Source: Ranitomeya imitator (lineage: Eukaryota). Taken from it: a DNA stretch of 64,000 nucleotides. The stretch is from the NCBI RefSeq assembly GCF_032444005.1, contig NC_091283.1, positions 35,774,001-35,838,000 of the forward strand, in the 5' to 3' direction. Within the stretch, counting starts at the first letter, position 1. The number at the start of each line of letters is the position of its first letter. Positions 22,168-32,700 of the stretch are shown here, one piece after another. The notes under the pieces were generated by a model, which did not search any database, was not told the DNA's origin, and saw only the letters and a program-made list of their open reading frames with translations. The translations under genes were made by a program, and so were the position numbers.

Positions 22168-25100
22168 ATGGCGCTGTGTGTGAGGCGGCTCCGCGGAGCT
22201 CCGGGGATCGGGAGTCGGTGGAAGAGCGGGATACGCAGCGCTGGTGGAGCCACGGGCAGAGTGCGGGAGAGTATGCGGGTGAGTGCAGGGGATGAGCCGT
22301 TATTGCTGCACGTCCAGTCTGCTAATGTCCAATGTGCGCAGTATAACCTCCATCATGTTATATTAACCCCTCCTCCCTGACTGTGAACCACGTGGATAAG
22401 GCATAAGCCTCGTTGCCTATAGCAACCAATCATTGTTCAAATGTTCGTTTAAAAACCGCAAACTAACAACTGATTGGTTGCCAAGAGCATAATAACGGAC
22501 TAGCAACCAATCGCAGCACAGCTTTCATTTATAGTGATACCTGGCGACCGTCCAATCGCTTCACGGCTTTCATTTATTATAGTGCTCTTGAATAATGAGA
22601 GCTGCTCTGTGATTGGATGCTTTGGTCAACAATGGCAGTTTTTGTTTTTCCTCCCGTAATGAAGGCCGTGCTGCGTCTGGTTGTGAAGCAGCAGCTGTGC
22701 TGTCACGGGACGACGGAGGAAATGTGGAATTACTGTGATAATAGGGGCCTCCCACTGCTCGGTGACGGTGTGATACCCCGTATCTCTGGTGTTTGCTCAC
22801 TTCTGCCCTCACCCGTCTTACATTCCTCTTGTTTTCTCTCAGGCTCGAGATGCCATCTTGTACCGGGACCTGCGGCCCTGTCCTCGCCTCACCACTCCTC
22901 TTAGACGACCGTCTCCGACCCCGACGGCCGCACTCTCCGCACTTGTCCGGCCCAGGGGCCCCCAGATGTGTTTACCGCCAGCGCCTGAGCAGGGCCCGGC
23001 CCCGTGGGACTTTTTACTGCAGAAGTTGCCTCCACAGCCGATACTAGGTTGTCTCCCCTGTGCCAAGCCCAGCAGCGGGCCCCACCGCCCGGAGGACGGG
23101 TGCCGGCACCTCAGCACTTCACAGCTGGACTGTTTTAGAAGCTTGTTTGAGCCTGGAGTTTGTCGGACCCCTTACCAGGCTCTAGTGTTACCCCTTCCTC
23201 CAGGACACGAAGGGTTATTAGCGTTTACACCCAGCAACAGGGTCCGCGCCAACCAGACCCCCGGCACCGACAGATCGGACATGGAGCAGCACCTGGCAGC
23301 GATGTATGAGAAACTGAGGGACGAGGTGAGTGCGCAGAGAGGGGATTAACCCCTTCCAAACGTGTGCCGATGGGCTGCGACGGCAGCCAGAGTCCTACTG
23401 AAAGCCGCCATGAAGCCCGGCCATAGACCAAGCTGCAGAAAGGGTCATCGTGTTTCCTATGTATTGGACTACTGTAAAGCAAGTGATAAAAAATATAAGA
23501 AAACAAAAATACATATATAAAAAAATCAGTCATTGTACAGGAGAGGGGGAGGAGGTGAGCTGTGACATCACCTATTGTGAATGGTGGATCCTGTGTAATC
23601 TACTGTATATAGAGGTGTTATCAGTCATTGTACAGAAGGAGGAGGTGAGCTGTGACATCACCTATTGTGAATGGTGGATCCTGTGTTATCTACTGTACAT
23701 AGAGGTGTTATCAGTCATTGTACAGGAGGAGGAGGTGAGCTGTGACATCATCTATTGTGAATGGTGGATCCTGTGTTATCTACTGTACATAGAGGTGTTA
23801 TCAGTCATTGTACTGGAGGAGGTGAGCTGTGACATCACCTATTGTGAATGGTGGATTCTGTGTTATCTACTGTATATAGAGGTGTTATCAGTCATTGTAC
23901 AGGAGGAGGAGGTGAGCTGTGACATCACCTATTGTGAATGTTGGATCCTGTGTTATCTACTGTATATAGAGGTGTTATCAGTCATTGTACAGGAGGAGGA
24001 GGTGAGCTGTGATATCATCTATTATAATTGATTCTAAAGTTATTGCACTAGGCCTGATCTTCCGACATTGATACATCGGGGAGGTCATTTGCTAATATCA
24101 TGATCATGGGAGATTATTGTCTGTGTTGAGAATGAGACTGCTGAAAAATCTTCTGTAAAGAACAGGAAATGTGGGTCTGAATTTGCAAAATTTCAATTAT
24201 TTTCTTAAGGGTATGTGCACACGTCCGGATTTTTCGCGTTTTTTTTGCGGATTTTCCCGATAAAAACGCTATAAATCCGCATAAAAAACGCTCAAATTAT
24301 GCATCCTATCATTTAGAATGCATTCCGCATTTTTTGTGCAGATGTATGCGTTTTTTTCCGCTAAAAAAACGCAATCCGCAAAAAGAATGGCCATGCTCAT
24401 TCTTTTTGCGGATTTTCTGCGGATTTCATGCATTCAGGGAAAAAAAAAAAAACGCGAGAAAAACGCGCGGAAAAAAACGCGATTTTCTGGCAGATTTCTC
24501 CGGATTTTGTCAGGAAAAAAACCTGACGTGTGCACATAGCCTAAATATACAGATTGTGATCTGAAAAAGTTTTGGTGTGTTTTTTTTTTTTTTTTTTTGT
24601 CTTTTTTTTTCTATACTTTGAGACTGGTTTGATTCTTCTCTCACTTTGGACCATTCAGCACACAAGTTTGTTTTTTCCCTTCCCCCATGACGGCACACCT
24701 GAGAGAGGGGATCCGCCCAGCCAGGACAGGAAACCCTACTGAAAATAAAAGGGCGGTACCTTTCCCTCGCTTCAGTTGGTTTTCAGAGCATGAGAGGCCC
24801 CCCTGGTTAGTACACATGGCAATCCAACACCACATCATATTAACTAAAAAAGCACCCAAAACAATAGTGCACACCGAAAAGGTGATAAAGGGGGGGAATA
24901 TACAGGTGCCGTCATGGGTTCCGGAAAAACCTGTTACCAGTAAGTAACCCTGGTGTTTTCCCTTCCCCCATGATGGCACACCTGAGAGACTTTTGTAGAA
25001 TGAAACCTTAGGGAGGGACCACCGCTTGGAGTACCCTTCTACCAAAGGTTAGGTCAGCAGAGGAGGAAAGGTCTAGCCGGTAGTGCTTGAAAAAAGTTGA

Positions 25101-27700
25101 GGGTGAGGACCAGGTAGCAGCCTTGCAAATTTGATCAATTGATACCTCAGCCTTTTCCGCCCAGGAGGTAGCCATGGCTCTGGTAGAGTGAGCCTTGATG
25201 CCTTCAGGAACCGGAGTGCCACCCGCAGAGTAGGATAAACTAATGGCCTCCCTAATCCATCTAGCAATAGTACTTTTAGCTACCCCACACCCTCTTTTGC
25301 TACCCTGAAAGGCTATGAATAGGGTTTGGTCTTTCCTCCACTGACTAGTCATAGATATGTATTGTAACATAGATCTTCTCACATCTAGCATGTGGAGCTT
25401 TTGTTCCCCTGGATTTTTGGGATTACTACAGAAAGATGGTAAGGTAATCTCTTGAGTCCTATGGAACTTTTGAACCACCTTGGGGAGATAAGCCGGGTCT
25501 GGTCTTAGAACGATCCTGTCATCAAAAACCTGAGTATAAGGAGGGGATATTGACAGGGCTTGCAAATCACTTACCCTACGTGCCGATGTTAGGGCTACTA
25601 GAAGAACTGTTTTAAGGGTAAGTAACTTAGGTGATAACTCCTGTAAAGGCTCGAAAGGGTGTTTAGTTAGAGCTTCTAAGACCAAATTTAGATCCCAAGG
25701 AGGGATTTTTGGGATAACGACCGGCCGAGATCTACTGCAAGATTTTATGAATCGTGAAACCCATCTATTTGAGGCAAGATTACAGTTATACAGGGCCCCC
25801 AAGGCTGAAACCTGAACTTTAAGGGTGCTGGTTGCTAACCCAAGATGTAATCCTGCTTGCAGAAATTCTAGGATAGGACCCACTGGAGCCACCTCCCCCA
25901 ATGGTTCACCCAGGAAGTCAAGAAATTTTTTCCATGTCCTACCATAGATTCTAGAAGTTATGGGTTTTCTGCTTTTCAACAGGGTGGAGATTAAACCTGG
26001 TGAGAATCCATGGCGACTTAGTAACGCCCTCTCAAATTCCAGGCTGCCAGATGGAAGCCCTTCACCTGAGAGTGGGTTACTGGGCCCTGGGTTAGTAGGT
26101 CCGGAATTTCTGGCAAAATCCATGGATCTGTTACCGACATCTGTCTTAGAAGGGAGAACCATGGTCTCCTTGGCCAAAATAGAGCTATGAGGATAATCCT
26201 CGCCTGATCCTCTCTGATCTTCCGGATCACAGCTGGGATCATCACTATCGGGGGGAATGCGTAGGCCAGAGAAAACTTCCAAGGTATTAGTAGGGCATCT
26301 ACTGCGAAGGGATGTTCTCTTGGATTCAAGGAGCAGAATTTTCTGACTTTTTTGTTGTGAGAATTGGCAAACAAGTCTATCAGGTGTGCCGTCATGGGGG
26401 AAGGGAAAACACCAGGGTTACTTACTGGTAACAGGTTTTTCCGGAACCCATGACGGCACCTGTATATTCCCCCCCCCTTTATCACCTTTTCGGTGTGCAC
26501 TATTGTTTTGGGTGCTTTTTTAGTTAATATGATGTGGTGTTGGATTGCCATGTGTACTAACCAGGGGGGCCTCTCATGCTCTGAAAACCAACTGAAGCGA
26601 GGGAAAGGTACCGCCCTTTTATTTTCAGTAGGATTTCCTGTCCTGGCTGGGCGGATCCCCTCTCTCAGGTGTGCCGTCATGGGTTCCGGAAAAACCTGTT
26701 ACCAGTAAGTAACCCTGGTGTTTCTGTTTTTTTTTTTTTTTTTTTTACTATAGTTGCCGAATTTCCTATGGAAGCCGGTGAATTATTCCTTATACAGGAA
26801 GGACATGGAGTTCGTCAGTAGCGCGCTGCACCTGCGCTTACGGTAAGAGCGGAGCAAACATTTTTTTTCCAAACTTCCATCATGTCCGCAATGGCCGCCA
26901 GTGATGACCTCCCCTGCCTTGTCCTCCCACAGCGGCCTGGTGAAGTACCAGCTCTTCCTGACCATCAGCCGCCTGCTGCTGCTCTGTTATTTCACCAATG
27001 CGCGGATCTCGGTGCTGAAGATGACGTCTCATCCAGAGAACAACACCATCCAGGCCCGCTGGTCGCTCACCGGCCTCCCGCTGCACACGCTCTTCTTGTA
27101 CTTCTTCCGCAGGGACAAGAGTGAACTGTACAGGTGATAATATCTCCGCTCCCCGACTGGTGCGGAGTAGTGGTAACCAGAAATGTCAGATGGGTGGGAG
27201 CAGGTCATGAGAAGCTTGACGAGGAGGTGGTCGCGGTGTTTTCAGATGGCCAGTCCGGGCCGAGCACTGGCCGCTCAGTCTGAATAATCCACACAAACCC
27301 CCCAAAAATATGATTCTTGCAACATAGTTTGTTGCACAAATGCATGCGCCGTGGTTCAGGGGATCGTTACCGATCAATTTTGTCTACATGGTCAGACTGT
27401 ATCTTTCTCGTTTTCAGGACCTACGATGCGTTTTCCACCTTCCAGCTAGCTCCGGATGGGTTAATATGTCTACATAAGGTGGAGCAGGTGAGTGCAGTCA
27501 CAGACCCAGTGGTGATGTGTGGCCCTCAGACGGTGCGATGATGGCCTCTGTACCTATGGCTCTTGCAGGTGATGCCCTCTTCCCCCATAACGGTGACCAA
27601 GAAGACTGTTTTGGCCGCCGCTCTTCTCGCTCTGGGGCTGGGAGAAGAACGACCCGCTCTAAATCTCCTCTCCAGCCCTAAAATGCCCCATGAACTGTAA
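22168..27700 (+). CDS. C6orf136: C6orf136 homolog (DUF2358-type), complete, 6 exons, 361 aa
   Basis: Exons 22168-22278, 22843-23325, 26754-26842, 26933-27133, 27418-27487 and 27569-27700, all AG/GT with consistent phases. Protein segments MEQHLAAMYEKLRDELPNFL..., HPENNTIQARWSLTGLPLH and RTYDAFSTF match human C6orf136 as I recall it. Confidence 0.93.
23527..24022. repeat. ~90-bp tandem repeat, ~5.5 units
   Basis: gtgagctgtga(c/t)atca recurs at 23555, 23645, 23735, 23822, 23912 and 24002. Confidence 0.95.
24208..24542. mobile_element. MITE (agggtatgtgcacacgtc...gacgtgtgcacatagcct)
   Basis: Terminal inverted repeats, no coding capacity. Confidence 0.75.
25008..26162 (-). CDS. DIRS tyrosine recombinase, uninterrupted (384 aa from first ATG; frame open from 26282)
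   Basis: Catalytic set present: TSARRVSD (R), LPKV (K), AHSTRA (HxxR), AATW (W) and FKHY (Y). PWDLNLVL motif is typical of vertebrate DIRS YR. Confidence 0.93.
   Translation of the reverse strand: MVLPSKTDVGNRSMDFARNSGPTNPGPSNPLSGEGLPSGSLEFERALLSRHGFSPGLISTLLKSRKPITSRIYGRTWKKFLDFLGEPLGEVAPVGPILEFLQAGLHLGLATSTLKVQVSALGALYNCNLASNRWVSRFIKSCSRSRPVVIPKIPPWDLNLVLEALTKHPFEPLQELSPKLLTLKTVLLVALTSARRVSDLQALSISPPYTQVFDDRIVLRPDPAYLPKVVQKFHRTQEITLPSFCSNPKNPGEQKLHMLDVRRSMLQYISMTSQWRKDQTLFIAFQGSKRGCGVAKSTIARWIREAISLSYSAGGTPVPEGIKAHSTRAMATSWAEKAEVSIDQICKAATWSSPSTFFKHYRLDLSSSADLTFGRRVLQAVVPP
26018..26395 (-). CDS. DIRS methyltransferase-like (MT) domain ORF, 125 aa from a junction-derived ATG (frame open from ATG 26680)
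   Basis: IDLFAN...VDAL...W...YAFPP...IILIALFWPRRPWF is the C-terminal MT domain of the DIRS pol ORF. It overlaps the YR ORF in another frame, as is usual for DIRS. Confidence 0.75.
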   Translation of the reverse strand: MTAHLIDLFANSHNKKVRKFCSLNPREHPFAVDALLIPWKFSLAYAFPPIVMIPAVIRKIREDQARIILIALFWPRRPWFSLLRQMSVTDPWILPEIPDLLTQGPVTHSQVKGFHLAAWNLRGRY

Positions 27701-28263
27701 CCCCTGACCCCTCCATGGAGTGTACTCCCCTCATTGCCCTGCTGCAAGCCCTACATAATACGGCCGAAGAGACGGAGAAGCCTAACACCGAGCACGGGTA
27801 GGACGAGCTGTGCCCATAGTCCGATCTGCTATCAACAAGTCGTAGTCTTACCTGATGCAGAGCTCCACAAGAGACTCTGAAATACTCTGCACTGCTGTGT
27901 CTGCATGCGCAACCTTGAACTTGCCTGTGGATTTGTAACATATACTTGTACATAATTAAATTATAACTAAAAGTGTCCGTGTGTCCAGAAATGTTTCACG
28001 ACGGAGGGAAATCTAAGCCGGGATCACTATAAAACTACTGCGTCTGATAATCTGGAATCTGAGTGGGGATAAAAAGGTTCAAAAAAACATGGCGGAAAGA
28101 TGGCGCAAAGTCTATCAGTAACAGCATAGAATGTAACCTTAGGCCAACGATAAGCTCAATGGTATCTGCAATGATTGGAGTGATACTTCTGTTTACTTTA
28201 CCTAATGGATCGCAAGTTGTTACTGCTTCAGCCTCATTCCATTGTATCTTTGCCCAAATTCTT

Positions 28264-29707
28264 ATTTCTCCCACTTCATTGGGGGGGACAGGAACCCATG
28301 GGTGTATGCTGCTGTCACTAGGAGGCTGAATCTACAGTAGGCAAAGAAAGTTCTGCCCATCACACCCACCGACAGGCATAAAGTTAATCTGTTTTAGCTT
28401 AGTATCAGTAGGAGGCAGACATTGGTCTGGACCTCGGCCCGTTTCTACCCTTTGACTATGTGCACACGTTGCGGATCCGCAGTGTTTTTTCCCGCGCTGA
28501 TTTGCACCAAATCCGCAAAGGGTAGCTCAAGCAATGTTAATCAGTGGTAATCCAGAATTGGTGTGCACATGCTGCGGAACATTCCGCACTGATTCGCAGT
28601 GTTTTATTTTCCACAGCATGTCAATTTTTTTTTTTTTGCGGATCTCACCCATTGACTTACATGGAGTCAGTCAAATCCAGAGGTAAACCGCAGGTGTAAA
28701 AAGGTTTGCGGATTTGTGTGCCAAAAACGCTGCAGAAAGGAACGAGGAAGAGTGTGTGGGTGGAGAATATGTGCTGATCTGTCTGCGGGTGTCTGTGTGT
28801 GCAGCCAGGTATCATCTTATGGGACTACTCCCATCTGGCTATGTCTGCTGTCAGATATAACAGTGACAGCATGAGCCAATAATGGGACATCATCCGGCGC
28901 CTGTGTTCAATTGTAAAAAAAAATTCATACTTGGACACCTAATCCCCGAATTCATCGATCTCCTGAAACAAAAATAAAATAAACCAACAGAAATACTCCC
29001 TGTGCGACGTAGTCCATTACCGATTGTCCCACGACGATCTCACGTGTAGAACAGTCTCATCGGGAGATGTGACCTCGCTACCCGGCCTCTATAACATGCG
29101 CCATTTCTGGGGTGGCTGAGAGCTGATGTTTTTAGCCTGGGGGGGGGGGGGGGGTGACAATATACATGGCCCCTTCCCAGGCTATTAATATCAGCCCACA
29201 GCTGTCTGCCTAGCCTTTGCTTGTTCGATTTTATAATGGGACCCCATGTCAATTTTTTTTCTGGGGTTCCCCCTGATATTAATAGCCTGGGAACCTTTAT
29301 GGCTATTGGCTCCTTCCCAGAATATTAACATCAGCCGTCAGTCAGTCTCCGCAAGATAAATATCACCAGTCCAGTGTATAGGGCGTGGTGATTCTGCACG
29401 GTTCAATGAACACCTGCTTGTGTGTGCCTTTATTTGAGGCTGCCATCACACTAGCAGTATTTGGTCAGTATTTTATATCAGTATTTGTAAGCCAAAACCA
29501 GGAGTGGAACAAATAGTGGAAAAGTATAATAGAAACATATGCACCACTTCTGTATTTATCACCCACTCCTGGTTTTGGCTACAAATACTGATGTAAAATA
29601 CTGACCAAATACTGCTAGTGTGATGGCAGCCTAATTGTGTGGGGGGGTGTTTGCCGTTAATATTAATGAGGGCATCTGGATGAAGACATTGAACAGGGAA
29701 ATCACAA

Positions 29708-29747
<40 letters not shown>

Positions 29748-32700
29748 CTTTATTTAGCTATCAAATCAGCGGAAAACTTCAACTGTGTTTTCTGCCGAGA
29801 GAGACAGAATCCGTGCAGAATTATACACAAAGAAATCTGCAACGTGCGCACATAGCCTTTAGGTTTTGTTGTGTTTTATCAATCATTTCCCATTTAATTT
29901 CAGATACAGCTAGTGAGGGCGACAGAGTGCAGATATAACTCTGATCGCTCATCTAGAGCCCAAGAATATAGTGTGGATTTTTTTCACTATTGTATCCTCT
30001 CTGGTCTACGAGGCAGGAACCTAACACAGGAACAGTGTTTGGGGCTCCTAGGCGGATGGTTTAACACTGTTCCCCATTCTGCTCGCCCCCCCAAGCCAGA
30101 TGGTGCAGGGAGAGAAAATAGATCAGTTACCTTCCAGCTCCCCAAAATACAGTTTCTGAGACTTATTTCTCCCAGTCTATGCCTAACCCCAGGGAGACTT
30201 TCTCCCATCCTCCGACTATTGTCCTTCACTTTGCATGTTTGTCCTGTAACAGGAAGTTTCCCTGTGCCAAGGTTGCAGTCACCCATCATGCATCATGATA
30301 TTCCCCCACGAGCACCCCACATCCCCCAATGAGAGCGCACCACCTCCCCCAAGTTGCCGACCAAACCAAAGTGTACCAGACCTTGGTCTCTGTCATAGAC
30401 ATGCTACTGCCATGCATGTCTGCTTCTCTGGGTGTTCTGGACACTCTGGTTTCCCAAACCCACCATGGTAGATCATGCAGAGGTTCCAAAAGGCATGTCC
30501 ACACTAGCACATCGTCCAGTTCTCTATCACCTTCAATGTCCTCCAGGAGAGCATCCCTCTCTCACTCACCCTCCACGATACAGCGGTTCAGGAGTCAGAC
30601 TCCTATTCCAAGTCAGATTTTGATCTGGACTCCAAACAAATCTTAAAACTATGGGCCATAGTGGATAGTCTGATGCTGGCTGTTAATCAGGCCCTTAACA
30701 AAGGACATGGAGCCTTTACCCTGTGAGCAGACCGTATCCTTCATGAAGAAAAAGCACCTTCCTTTTGCCAACCACAATGAACTCACCAGAATCTTTACCA
30801 GGGAATGGGAGCACCCAGAAAAAACGTTTTTAGAGAAGAAAATGCATGGAGGTCTTGTATTCATTTGCGACTGACCTGGTGCACAAATGGGCAGTCTCCC
30901 GACTCTCGCCTTGCTGAATGATCTCTCCAACAGGCAAACCAAGGCACTCAGTAACTCTGCCTTTGAGGCTGCAGGTTCAGCCATTTGCCACAACTTGTGT
31001 ATCCAAGTCTGTTCTAGCCTGGGCAAAACTCCTTCGCCAACATGTTTTGTTGGGCGCTCCCACTACCGAATTCGCCGATTTAGCGAACCAGATTGCACAT
31101 GCAGGTAAGGCCCTCCTGACTGCTTCTCTCAACTCAGCTGCCTGCTCAGCCCTTGCGGCTGGCAACATCGTCACTATCCGCAGGGTCTTGTGGCTGAAGG
31201 CATTGAACGCGGACTCAGCCTCCAAGAAGTCCCTCATCAGTCTCCCTTTTCAGGGCTATTGGTTTTGTGAAAAGAACTAGACAAAATAATTTCAGACACC
31301 ACGGGGGCAAAGAGTACTATCCTTCTGCAACATAGCACCAAACGCCTGCCTTTCACGATATACATAATCCAGTTTCGTTCCTTTCAGAAACTTTAAGTCC
31401 AGAACAACAACTGCTAGGACAAATCTCTAGTCCGCCTGGAAGAAAATAGACCCTCCTACAGGCCCGCCCCTTCCTGGCGTCCACAAACCCACCAGCGCTA
31501 GATCTAACAGATTTTCTACACCTCTACCTGGGAAGCCTATCAGGGTGGGCAGCCATCTTCTTCAGTTCCAGGACCAGTGGTTCTCAGTCGATGATGCTTG
31601 GGTCCAGGATGTAGTCTCCTAAGGCTACAAAAAAAAAAAAACCTTCCACTTTATCGATTCGCTGTACAAGACAGGCATCGTCATTCCTGTTTTACTCCAG
31701 AGAAACGCTTTGAGTTTTATTTAAACCAATTTGTGGCCCCAAAGAAGTTTGCCCCATCCTGGACCACAAATTATTGAACAGACGTTCATCTGTGTCACTT
31801 CAGGATGGAGTTTCTTCGGTCGTAGCAGATCTGTACATACCTATTTTCCCTCCTCACCAGAGGATCCTCCCTTTCGCAGTCCAGGAAACGCACTTTGTTT
31901 ACAGCATCCAGGGTTTTTATGAAGATAATGGTGACAGTCATGGCCATTCTTCGAAGCAGAGGCATTTTAGTCATCCCGTATTTGGACAAAATTCTGATCA
32001 AGGCTCCATCCCCCTCAGCATGTCACAATAGTCTGCAGATCACCCTGGACACCTTCTCTGGTTTCAGCTGGCTCACAAACTGGTCAGAGTAGACTAACTC
32101 TGGCCCAAGGCATAGTTTTTCTGGGAATGCTGTTTGGTACCGAACAGGCCAGTTTTTCAGCCCGAAGAAAAGTACTCAGCCCTACTACATGGAATTCAGA
32201 GTCCCTCCCCCTACTCTCTCTTGTTCTGCAGGAGAATACTGGGCAAGATTGTAGCCTCAGTGGAAGTCATCCCATTCGCACAGCTCCACACCTTACAGCT
32301 CTTTTTCCTATCAAGTTCACTCGCTCCCTGGACCGCCTTGTGACACTTCCTTCCCGGATCAAGAAATCCTTGGAATGGTGAAGATGCTCTCCCATGTTCT
32401 GTCGGGAAAGATTGTTTCTGCCAATGCATTGGAAGGTTGTAGCAACGGATGTGAGTCTGCTCGTTTGGGGACCAGTTTTTCAAGACCTAATAGTCCAGGG
32501 CCGATGGAAAGCTCAGGAATCGTCCTGTCCCGTCAACATTCTGGAACTCAGAACAATCTCCCTTGCTCTTCTTCACTGGCACAACCTTCTCTCTGGCCAT
32601 CTGATAAGCGTCCAATACGACAATGCCAGTACATCAACCGCCAAGGAGGAACTCAGTCGAGTAGTGATGTAAAAAATGGCTCAGATCCTGTCATGGCCCT

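Larger units (their letters stand above)
24673..26720. mobile_element. Rearranged mini-DIRS (tyrosine-recombinase retroelement derivative), ~2.05 kb
   Basis: Left end ttttcccttcccccatgacggcacacctg and right end ...accagtaagtaaccctggtg, with TTT at both junctions. ICR at 26381-26446 is complementary to both ends. A 309-bp inverted repeat spans 24684-24992 / 26373-26683. YR and MT-like ORFs lie on the minus strand; gag, RT and RNase H are absent. Confidence 0.92.

Noticed and set aside
22412-22515. RFX X-box (GTTGCCTATAGCAAC) abutting CCAAT, reminiscent of an MHC class II X-Y module
   Set aside because: Spacing does not fit the S-X-Y arrangement, there is no class II gene here, and the agcaaccaatc motif recurs locally like a low-complexity repeat.
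23450-24031. 193-aa Cys/Trp-rich repetitive ORF
   Set aside because: 90-bp tandem repeat within C6orf136 intron 2.
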